This document shows, piece after piece, positions 51,101 through 61,937 of a DNA stretch of 64,000 nt. Source of the DNA: Tubiluchus corallicola (lineage: Eukaryota; Animalia; Priapulida); the NCBI GenBank assembly GCA_030141605.1, contig JAQGDQ010002377.1:248001-312000 (forward strand). The letters are read 5' to 3'. The position numbers were made by a program, and so were the translations under genes. The notes under the pieces are model-generated. The model did no database searches and had not been told where the DNA came from. It saw only the letters and a list, made by a program, of their open reading frames with translations. The first letter of the stretch is position 1. Each line of letters starts with the position of its first letter.

Positions 51101-54100
51101 AACACCTGAATGTGGCAAGGATGTTCTGAAGTCGAGGAGCCGTGATCGTTGCTAATTAGGTGTTACATATTTTCGCACAATAGCGAACACTTGGACTTAG
51201 ATATGGATACGTTTTCATGTAAAACCCATGTTTGATTTGCTTTGACATCCAGTTTGTGTAGTGATGTTATCTAAATTGCTCTTAGACAGTTAAAAACATA
51301 TTCAAACATTTCTTTCTTAGCTTATTTGTATTTTTAGTTTTTATGTGTTTACATAATTTGATTATTTTAACAGATTATTCCAGTGAGTATGAGGTTGCAA
51401 AACTTACATAATTTTCCTGCATCAGCTATGGCAAACAAGACAAACAGCAGGTCACAACTGATGGCTATGCATAGAGCAAAGTAAGATTCTCTTCTTGCCT
51501 GGAAATATGATCATTAAAAAGTAACACCTTGCACCTTGAATCCATATTGTATACCAAAACTAAATATTTTCTAAAAATATTTTTTTAATAACGTGGTAGA
51601 GCTAACCACCAATTATGTCCATTAATATTATTATAATTATTTTGTTGTTGTTGTTATTATTATTATACATGAAAGTAATGTACCATGTCAGACTGTACAC
51701 CTTTGTGTTATATTGATTACCATAGATTTTTGTACTTTGTGTGCTCACAGCGAGATTGCTAGATTAGTAAAAATTAGCCAACAATGATGTGCCACATCTG
51801 ATTGCAAATTCTGTGTTCTGTTGTATGGCAAATAGTAGGTGCCATGTTGTACAATAGAAAAACTCTTTCGATTGAATACCAAAAACATGCCTTGAGCGAC
51901 TCGCTTCTGAAGTACTGTTCGACGTGCAGGCTAGCAATTAGGAATGTTCGGGATTGGGGTCACTATGGTCACTCGGATTTTTCTTAAACCCCAAATTACT
52001 CGTCCTGTCTTGATCCCTATTCCTTATCTCGTTCTATCCCTGTTACTTTTGTGATTAAAAATGATAATATTTTTTTCAATTGAATAAATGTTTTTAAATT
52101 TAGCTAAAATTTAGTGTAGTGAAGGAAGCGTGTGACAGTTATAACAATGCAAAAGAAAAGTTGTAAAAGAAAATGGTGATACTGTTTTAATTTCAGTATG
52201 ATAAACACACAGACCTATCAACTTCAGGAGACAGTATATCTGGAGATTTTTCAAAAAAAGTAAAAAAAAACTAGAGATTCCTTAAAAAGCTTAAAAGCTC
52301 AGCTTCCTGAAGCCATCACTAAGTTAACAACATTATTTATTATCAGTTTAGTGATTGTACTAACAATGGCGTTAACTTAGTGACGGCTTTGTGAAACCGG
52401 CTCGTGGTTCGCTAATTTGGAACAGCAGAATATAATTGTTTTCCATGCAAAATAGGCTTACTAAAGAGGCAGTTGGGATGTGGCAGCGCTCTTTTTTAGT
52501 TTTATTCACTAAAGTCGAAATTTACCGATCTTTTTGTTTACCTTGAGAAAGCCAAGGTGTACTATGAAGCCCATAAGAAATGAGTTAAAATCGTGAAACT
52601 CACAGTAAAACTGTGAGAGCTGAGATGTTGGAGCATATGACGGCAGTTTCTTCTTTGTAATGTTATACACTATTATGTGAATGGCACTGCTTCTTATCAC
52701 TTAACTCATTCATTTACAGATTTGGCTGCGTCACAAGTACAGCAAAGTCGCTTGATTTACTACGACAGAATTTGCAGAAGAAAATAAATAAAGACATTGA
52801 TGAGTTGATACAATCGTACTTAGATGTAAGTTTTATGAACAATCTTTTAATTAGATGATAGTGATCTTTTGGAAACTCTCAGAATATGCAAATGTTGTTC
52901 TTTGGTGATAGAATAAATTGAAATTCATCTCTTAAGGTCGCCAATAACCTGTTCAAAATGGAAGTTTGTAAAAATGGCAAAATTTATTATCTTTTTATGT
53001 TCATTACATACTCACAAAACTAATGTCGGCAAGTGAAAAACCATGACTATGAAACATGTAAATATTAAGAAATTGTTTTAACTCAAGTGATAACTTCAAA
53101 TTTATAGGCTCATTTATAGGAGGAAAATATACACTGTTATGCACTTTTTGTTTCTTCTGTAATTTTTGACTATTTGTAATGCATTAAAACCAAACATCAT
53201 TACAGCACCAAATGAAATTAGATAGCTCTATTCTTCACATCATTCTATGATTACCATTTTGAAGATACTGTGAATCTTAACTGCATCTCTCAGTCAGCAT
53301 TCACTTTTACGCAAAGATGTCTTCAATTTATTTACGCACACCAGTAGATGCTACCATGATAACTACAAAACACTTACTTTGTATTTGTAATGAGCTGCGA
53401 ATTGTTTGCGCTTTAATCTGTGCTATTAGCTTCATTTATCCTTAGCACGCTTTGTTGGTAAATAACGTAGTCTAAGATTCAGTTTATACCAATCTGTGGC
53501 TTTGGATGGGTTTACCTTTTGGTGGCGATATTTTTTTTAAATTTTGTAATTGGCCACTTATGCCGGGTTGTACATAACATTTTGCTAGGGGTACAAAAAC
53601 AACAATTATTGCACAGAACAGTTTATTACATCAGAGCATTGTTCAAACAATTGCTGGTGTGGAATCCTCATACGTCTTGCAATGCCTGCAATCTTGAAAG
53701 TTATGATAGAAGCAGTGACATAAATTCTCTGGAATTAGTTTTTTCGATTGAATTGAATGGCTTGGAAATTCACCGAACCTCTGCCCTGCCAAACACACCA
53801 AATGCAGAGGGGTGCTAAGATGATGGAAAGCATGCCTTTGGTCAGTATTCAACAGATAAGCTTGTGAACCATCTGCAAGATGTGTTGGAAGATCTTGACT
53901 TCTTTGAGTCACTGCTCTGATCATACCCTCAAGCTTGCGTTTTGTGCGAGTCTTGTATAAGGCATCCACTTCAAGTTTTGATGGCAAGATAGACTAGCCA
54001 TCATTTTGTTCTACTACTCATTATTGGTGTACTCCCCTAGCCGAAGGTCGTGCACCACCCTTTATGAAGGGTAGCACAATATGTAATTCTCACTTCAATT

Positions 54101-57100
54101 TTCATTTCAGAAATATTTTAATCCATGTATAGAGAATATTAAGAAAAACAATGGTGATGAATCAGTTTCAGAAGAACACGTGCACACAGTATGCAGACAG
54201 ATACTCGAGGAGGTATAGATTCCTTTATTCATTGCATTTGGTAGAAGTTGTCATTAATGGTGTTCTGTTGGAATGTAATTACTATCTACTCGTAGTTTGC
54301 TTAATTACATTTTGGAGTACTTTTTGTTAATATTGCAATGCTTGCTGTGATAGTTTTGAGATTATGCATTTTCTGTACATTATGAAGTAGGCCCATATTT
54401 GTAGATGAAAAACAACACAATTTATTAAAACTTTTACTATACATAGTTAAAATCATGCCAACGTTTCGACAAACTACAGCTGTCATCATTAGTGGCAAAT
54501 TTTACAAACATACAACCAGTTTATATAGGTAGAGCCTATTATGCACTAATTAAGTAGTTAACAGTAGTTACCTGGCAAATAGGTAATGATTAAGCAGACC
54601 TGAAGCAAAGAAATCGATATAGTAACAAATAGCTAAGTATTTGTGCATTAAGAGAAGGCTTATAAGGGTACACAGATAAACTTCCTTTTATTAATAAGTC
54701 CTAGCTATTTGTACTTCTGGTCGCAGTGCTGAAATTATTAAAATCAGCTTTGTGGCCAGAGGCACAAATATGGTCATAAGTGCTGGACTGAGGAGAATTT
54801 TTTAATTTTTTGCCAGTGCTAGACGAAATGCCGAGATACAACAATGTGAAGTAAAAAAGCTTTAGTAAAGTTATGTTGTTTTTAACTATAAATGTTTTTA
54901 AGTGCCCGTTTATTGGCCTTTATAATTGGCCTTTATTTATTTGTAGACATTTTATAAGCTATAATAGAAAATTTAAAGAGATAAAACTATGAATTATTTT
55001 GTTTGTTGGATGTGTTGTTAGAAAAATCATTAAAATGCATTTCCACCATATATAGGCTAAACGTCTGTATTCGTCTCCCACACGAGGTAGTACACCATAT
55101 CCAGATGTATCTGATTCAGAAAGTACTACTGAACTAAGAATGAGTCGAATTATAAATAAGGTAAGTGTATGGAATATTTTGTACAAAATATAGCATATTA
55201 ACACTTGCTTTCATGAAGCGTCTCTTGAAAAGCCCTTGTAGAATGTTTGTAATATATTAACTTGTGCAACACTGTGAAAATGATAGTCTGAAAACATTTT
55301 AATTTATAGCGAAGACCTTCGAGCAACGTGTATCAAATATATCAGTTGTCTAAAAATTTCATTAGTTTTCAGTCCGCAGATGAATTTTTTTTGGAAATTT
55401 AAGATTATAAAGCTGAAAGTCACTAACAGTGTTAGATTATTCCCTTTTATCACATATAACTTTTCCAAGCCCCCAAAATGTCCTTCCTTTGACCTCTGTG
55501 GCAAGGGATGTCTAATAATAATATGCTTGCGCACTGGCTTTTACGATCGTAGTTTGATGAGATGCTAAAGCGATATGTTGTTGGTCGCTTTCTGTTGAGT
55601 CGTCTAAGACAATTTTGTAAAACTTCTCATTCCTTAGTGGTGACCAAGCAAATAGTTCACTAATTATTATGAACCTGACCAGCTTGAATGTGACTGATAT
55701 TGATGCTGACAAGCTCAGTTCAATATTAACTGTAGTATATTTTACTGTTTTTATGCTTTTAATGACCATTCTCATTGGGTTAGATGTATGCGTTGTAGCA
55801 CTGATTATGGTAAAAAATTTTCTCAGAACAGCGGCCAATCTTTTCCTGGCAAATTTTGCAATTTCGAGTGCCTTACTTTCTTTGTACAACATTCATATGT
55901 TGATAGTGCGGCATTATGTTACCGACTTTAGTGCTCTGCATTGTGCAGTGAATGGTATTGTTGTGTGTGGACTGCTCACAGAATGCTTGATCATGGAAGT
56001 TCTGATGACAATTGATAGATACATCGCTATCATCTATCCTCTACATTATCACCATCTCAGTACTAACTTGAATAGCACTATCACTATCTTTGTGTCTTGG
56101 ATATACTCTTTTTGCATAGGAATAGCATCTTCATCGTGGTTTACCTTTTTGAATAATACGGAGGTTAAGGATGTTACAAAATGTGTCATAGCCCGTCAGG
56201 TTCACCCCGAATTTTGTCTTTATTTTGCTGCACAATATGCCATAGCATCTTCAGTCATCTTCTTCATTTATGCAAGTGTATTTAAAGTTGTTCTACAGCA
56301 TAAAATCCAGTTAGCTAATGCAGTGCCTGATAGTCATCAAAACTATCTGAATTTAATAGAGCGGATCAAAGCTGCAATATCTGTGTTTGCAACTGTTGGA
56401 ACATCATTGCTGTGTTTTGCAGCTTTTTTTGCACACTTGGGTATTACCTGTGCTACTGAGTTGGAACTTAAATCATTGAAGCAGAGTGCTGACATATTAA
56501 TAAACATCAGCGCATTGACAAATATTATCCTCTATTTCTGGAAAATAAAGCAGCTGCGGGAGTTTTTCCTGAAACTATGTGGAAAGCGTCACAACAGCAT
56601 AGTTGCTACTTCTAGTCAAAATCCGTGCTGATAACAAACTAAGTGATTGACCGTGAAACAGTGCGTAGCATTGAAAGTGTTCATTTTAACAGTTTAATTA
56701 TGAAATTTATTAAGTAAAACTTGCAAGCTACTTAAACAAAAATATTTTGTTTCCCTCTCCCAAATGTATATATGTATATATATATATATTTACATATATG
56801 CTTACATATATATTTACAAATATTACATATATGTCTACTGTATAGTAAGTCCTTGTTTTAATGACTCTTTGTTTATTAATGATTCATTTAACAATAATGA
56901 CTATTTGCCATCTTTTTCTCCTTCAATGCCGACTTTGCTTACTTTAAGTACTAAATTAGCACTAGATTTAAATGAACGTTAATTGTATATGTTTATATTT
57001 GCGCACGTGCGCGCATGGGTACTTAACAATGTTGTAATGGATATAGTCCACCTGACTCACTGATAATTATGATGTAATAAATTTCAATGCATTGAAATAG

Positions 57101-59394
57101 CTGTTTTGCAAGTTTTGCACTTTTATAATAATTTGGAGACATTTGTAATGCATTTACATTTCACACTTGCGTTGTAAAACGGAAAGCTACTCGGGTACAG
57201 TGAATCCTCGCTTAATGATGATGCCCAAAAAAAGTGTTGTTAAGCAAAACATTGCTAGATGAAACCATGATTTCCCCAAGAAAGAATGTAAAAGCATTGT
57301 GTTGGATTCCAGTAGCAAAAATCTCTAGTGCTATGCAAAAGGGTTCAATTCCTGGCAGGGGAATAACAATCACTGAAAGGATGGGTATATAAAACCATTC
57401 AGTTATGTTGCAGGGGAAAACCGATAACACTTGGCTTATAAATTAAACACTTTGTAGGGTTTATTGCTTACAGCTACACTATAAGTATTTGTTTAATTAA
57501 AAAGCTAATCAGTAACTAAGGTGTGAAAACTAAAATGTAACTAAAGTGCAAAAAACTAAAAAAATTTATAGACATTTATTTTTTAACAGAATCATCTATA
57601 AAGCAGTTAGGTTGTTTAATCAAAGATTTTTCTGAATATATTACAAAAGTATACCAGTTGTACACCCAGCTATTAATAATCTACATAAGCAATCGGTGGA
57701 CACATTAAGTAAGGTATACTGTTATTGTTTGGGCTAGCTAAGGCAGTGGTGATTATAATGACTAGCAAGAGAAAATATTAATGTGTATATATTTACGGAA
57801 ATATATAATAATAGTAATGAAATCTTTATTTTTAATCAACAGTATTTGCCTTTTTGTCTTTGTAATGTACATTTGTGTTTCGTAGAGCTTGATTAATTGA
57901 ATTTGGAAACAGATTGCATCCAGCAACTAAAAGTTTAGCTTTATCGACCGTCAAAAGGTCATTAAAATTAACATACGGGGCTATTAAGACAGTTACTTTA
58001 CTCGAGTAAGGTAATCTTATAGCATTGTAAATTGGACATATTAGTAAATAATGCAACACATCTTCAGTTTGCAAATTACATTTGTTATAAATAGTAGCAT
58101 GTGATAAAGCTGAATTTGTACAAAAGAGTAATTTAAAGCATTTGTGCCCAACCTTAATGTAGGTTAACTCAGAAGCAAAACGTGCACCTGTAAAATAATA
58201 AAATTTCAGGGGAATACAGTAAATTTTAATTAGAACTTTCTTAAAACTTACTGGCTAAAAATTTATTTTAATTTTCTAATATCAGTAGAAAGCTTATTCC
58301 ATTTTTCTGTACCAGAAGGGAAAAACCTTGATTGAAAGTAGTTAGAAATACAAATAATTAACGATAAATTTTCACTATTACGTAAATTATAGTAGGTTCT
58401 ATCATAAACAGGTTCTGTAAGTATGGAAGTAAGGTAAGATGATGAAGCTCCTTTAGCAATTTTATAAAATAAAGACATTTTATGAATGTATCTTCTGTGG
58501 TGACGTGGAGTCACAAGAAAGATCTCTCAGCAATTTCTCTCCGCTTGTACCAAACACAGCTCCAAACACTACCAATGAAACATGGTACTGAATTTGTTCA
58601 ACAGCTAGAGCAGTCGCTTCTGTGCAATTGTCCCAAATGCATTCACAATATTCAAGCAATGGTCTAATATACGATTTGTATAACTTGTCTAAGGACCACC
58701 TATCTAAAAGAAGTTAATTTTTTGCAATGGGTCTAAACGTTTAGAAGCTCTAACTAAAATAATAGCATATGAACGTTGCAAGTTAAATTACTGGTTAAAA
58801 TTAAACCCAAGTGTTTATGCTTAATATAATTTCCGATTTTTGTCCCCTGAAGAAGCAGATCGGGATGAAATGGTGGATGAGTTTTGTGAGAAAAGATAAC
58901 TAATTCTGTTTTGTCTGCATTAAAGGTAACCAACCATCTCCTAGCCCATTGAGTAATACAGATCTTAGATCTTGCTGTAATGTGTTACCAGTAGCACTTG
59001 GACACTCATCTACATGTTTTATGCATGTATCGTCAGTAAGTAATCGCATATCGGACTGAATACCATCAGCTATGTGTCTTTAATGAATATCAAAAAGAGG
59101 AGAGGACCTATACACGCACTTTAGATCAGATGCAAAACCATTGATAATTACGGATTGTTTCCTTTCTGACAGATATGAACATAACCAAGAAAGTAGTTTT
59201 TCAGTGTCTCGTTAGCAGCAACTTTTACAGAGCATCGTTAAGCAAGGGCTTACTGTACTTTGCAATGTGGAAATTTTCACCAGTGCAGCTACAATTAAAT
59301 TTTCTTTTGTTAGAACATTCCCAGTTATTTAAAAAGAAGCCACACTTCTGACACTGACTCTGATGTCAGCATCTCCATCAGCAGGCACAAAAAG
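48120..59394 (+). CDS. DNTTIP1: Deoxynucleotidyltransferase terminal-interacting protein 1 (TdIF1, MiDAC subunit), 5' part; C-terminal DNA-binding domain not found in window
   Basis: Exons 48120-48157, 48644-48841, 50377-50494, 51374-51480, (optional 52197-52259), 52720-52825, 54111-54212, 55056-55160 and 59314-59394 are in phase. The segment TSTAKSLDLLRQNLQKKINKDIDELIQSYLD|KYFNPCIENIKKNNGDESVSEEHVHTVCRQILEE|AK matches the DNTTIP1 dimerisation domain. Confidence 0.85.
53560..54060 (-). mobile_element. Decayed coding fragment, possibly MULE/SWIM-type transposase remnant
   Basis: Broken frames give LGEYTNNE..CHQNLK, similar to the G..TNN.LES...LK region of MULE transposases. Includes ORF 53643-53987. 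Confidence 0.25.
54410..54840 (-). mobile_element. Penelope-like retroelement fragment (GIY-YIG C-terminus plus 3' repeat with hammerhead-like core)
   Basis: Minus strand reads YLGISSSTGKKLKNSPQSSTYDHICASGHKADFNNFS...LLIKGSL, matching the Penelope endonuclease pattern (EHLGIS..TGK....SAI.DH...GH...F.IL...LLIKESL), followed by CUAAUGA-uGACA..UGUC-GAAACGUUGG. Confidence 0.75.
55669..56631 (+). CDS. Intronless class A (rhodopsin-like) orphan GPCR, 320 aa, nested in a DNTTIP1 intron
   Basis: Seven hydrophobic segments, N-terminal NLT/NVT sequons, ANLFLANFA in TM2, MTIDRYIAIIYPLHY after TM3, W in TM4 (VSWIYS), Cys at the top of TM3 and in ECL2, and helix 8 (KQLREFF..LC). Confidence 0.92.
   Translation: MNLTSLNVTDIDADKLSSILTVVYFTVFMLLMTILIGLDVCVVALIMVKNFLRTAANLFLANFAISSALLSLYNIHMLIVRHYVTDFSALHCAVNGIVVCGLLTECLIMEVLMTIDRYIAIIYPLHYHHLSTNLNSTITIFVSWIYSFCIGIASSSWFTFLNNTEVKDVTKCVIARQVHPEFCLYFAAQYAIASSVIFFIYASVFKVVLQHKIQLANAVPDSHQNYLNLIERIKAAISVFATVGTSLLCFAAFFAHLGITCATELELKSLKQSADILINISALTNIILYFWKIKQLREFFLKLCGKRHNSIVATSSQNPC
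56764..56835. repeat. (TA)n-rich microsatellite in GPCR 3' flank
   Basis: Direct reading. Confidence 0.8.
57790..59230 (-). mobile_element. 5'-truncated, decayed CR1/L2-type LINE (RT and C-terminal ORF2)
   Basis: Fragments GPLLFLIFI, IADGIQSDMRLLTDDTCI, RRYIHKMSLFYKI..YNLRN..FFPSGTEKWNKL and EDVLHYLLICPIYNAIR, with frameshifts and stops. Confidence 0.88.
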
Positions 59395-59547
59395 GTGAGT
59401 TACATTGCTCTTGTGTTTTTGTCGTCTTTACTTTTATTTGTTTCATTTTTTTGTTTTTACATGTGGTGTGCACATTCTCAAAAGAGTTAGTTTAATTTGG
59501 ATTAGTTGTCTGAGTTGTTGGATCATGCACCATGTTATAACACATGG

Positions 59548-60031
59548 CAGCGATGGGCGGTTAATGGATTAATTGAATTAACCCCAAATACAACCATGTA
59601 TAAATCATATAATTTGTAACTGAACAGTAATTCACTTAATCAACATTAATCGACAGCAAACTATACGTGTTACACACCGACTAAAAGCCAGTGTGTTAGT
59701 ACAAATAAACTCAATTTTTGTGTTTTTTTCTAATTTTTCCCACCTTACACAACGTCTACACCTTGTGCTAACCACTATGTTGGAAACTTCGTTGGCACGT
59801 GATGCATATAGTGACCTATAGAGTAGTTAACAAATGTACATGTCTATGAAATAGGTTACGAGTACAACAATGGCTGACAGCGATGAAAGCTGTGAAGAAG
59901 TTTACAGGCTATATTTCCCTGCAATCATTGATAAATATTGCTAAAACGGTAAAAAAAGCGTCACCAAAGATTAATCGTGATATCAAATTACAAGAACAAG
60001 TTTGTAATCCAACTTCAAAATCACCCATCAT
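59548..60031. mobile_element. Degenerate hAT-like MITE
   Basis: CAGCGATGGGCGGTTAATGGATTA ... TAATCCAACTTCAAAATCACCCATCATT. Confidence 0.4.
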
Positions 60032-61937
60032 TAATGCATGGTTTTCTTCCTGAGAAACTCCCAATACTTAACGTTCTAGAATTTTTGCAGTGTCTTTGTT
60101 TTGTAGTCTAACAAAAGGTATGGTGTATTACATGTGGGGAGAGAATTTTTAGTAATATTAAGATTACTAGTGACTGGCGAAAACTTTAGTTCATCTTGAA
60201 TAAAATTTGATCAATGGCCTCGGGTTTACCTCATTTGAGAGCGTTTACATGGAACATTGTCAAAATTTCAAATTTTTTGAACTTAGATCTTGTATGTTTA
60301 TAAGTATAAGTATGATTACAAATATATGAGCGATATAAGTTAATGAAAAAGAATATTAGCTGTTACTTACAGTATATGACAAAAACATTAATTTCAAACT
60401 AATTTATTTCTGTTTATTGCACAATTCATGTGAACATGTCAGTAACAAGCATACAGTATCACAATACAATTATTATTTTCTAATGCTTGTACATTTCATG
60501 ATAACAAGATGAGTAAATACATTATAATCAACGATTAATAAATGTTTATAATTATTATTACTATAAACTACAAACTTCCTGTAAAAATCCTATGTGTTTA
60601 AGAACTAACATGCGAAAATTTTGATTGCTACTGTATCAGTTTACAATTTACTTAGTAACTTTAATTTACTATAATCTTTCATTTTGTTTTCACTTTCCAC
60701 ACCTGTACATTTTGATTTGTGCAGAAATACTTTTTAAAGAAACAAAGGCAAAACTAAGCTGCATGTTGTTAAATGCTGGCTTGGATTGTTTTAAACTTAC
60801 GCTAACATACATACACTAACATATTACAGCCATTTGTACTAATGTCTGCACACCTTAATTGCTTGTAGAAGTCTATGTCTGTTACATTTAAGCTCTATTA
60901 ACTCTATAAACACAATAAAAGTCGATTTTTTATATTTTTTGATCGCATGGCCCTGGAACAATTTCTGGTGTCATTACTTTATTTGACCAATCTGGCTCCT
61001 GTGTTTGAAATGAGTGTGCATTTACGTAACTCATTTATCAAGGTTGCCTGATAGAATCAAGGATCAAATTGCCCCAAATTTGAGATTTATAAGCTTACTG
61101 CAAAACTTTTTTGTGTTTTAATTAATTTTAAGCTGTATTCTGTTTCGTGTTTTGATTTTAAACACAAAATTAAAATTTATAATCAATATGTTGAAAATTG
61201 TGTGGTGTGGTCAAGTTTTTTTATGTATTTGGCCCTCCTAACTTTAGAACCTGACTGCCCCTGTATGCATAACGATAATTAGTAAGGCAGTCAAAGTACT
61301 CTTAAGTTTGAGTATGCTTACTGAACCAAATGACTATCTAGTTTAGACGTATTTGCAGATAATAATGAATTTGATGGTTCTGCTCTCATAAGCTACAACT
61401 CTGTGCATTCACTGAGTGAAGCGTGAGAATGCTGATAAGCACATTGCTCGTTGCATAACGTAATAGTTTATTGACAGATTCACGTTTTCTAACTTAACTG
61501 GACATACTTCCTGCCATTTAGAGTTGAAAAGCAGAAACCAGGTTTTTGATTACCCATGTTCTATGTCAAGAAGAAAGGAAGAGATTTTCGAATGTGCGAA
61601 GGATGATGATGACTACGATTGTTATGACTGCATCACTTGTTTAACCATTGTTATGTTGTAAAAACGAGGAAAAAGGTTTTAGGTGGACAACATAATAAAT
61701 ATACTATAGCAGAAACAGTTCAGAGTATTTTCACAAAAGAAAAATAAAGATGTGAAAATATGTGCTATAATACTCTCTGAAAGTCTACGTGTGTATCCTA
61801 CTAATGCAGAAGTGTTTGGGCACGCAAAGGAAGTTTTAGTAAAAACTGTTTTATATGCATTGTATAGCACATATGGAATCGTAGATATGGTATGCCACGC
61901 ATGTGAGAGAGGCCAAGGTTATTGTTAAAAAGTGTGG

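Noticed and set aside
55512-55892. 126-aa minus-strand ORF
   Set aside because: Shadow of the GPCR coding strand; no motif or splice support.
61359-61610. YNEFDGSALISYNSVHSLSEA* frame and a KKKGR motif near 61570 as DNTTIP1 exons
   Set aside because: The first is out of phase with the 59394 donor. The second has a poor acceptor, stops after a few codons and lies in the probable LRR 3'UTR.
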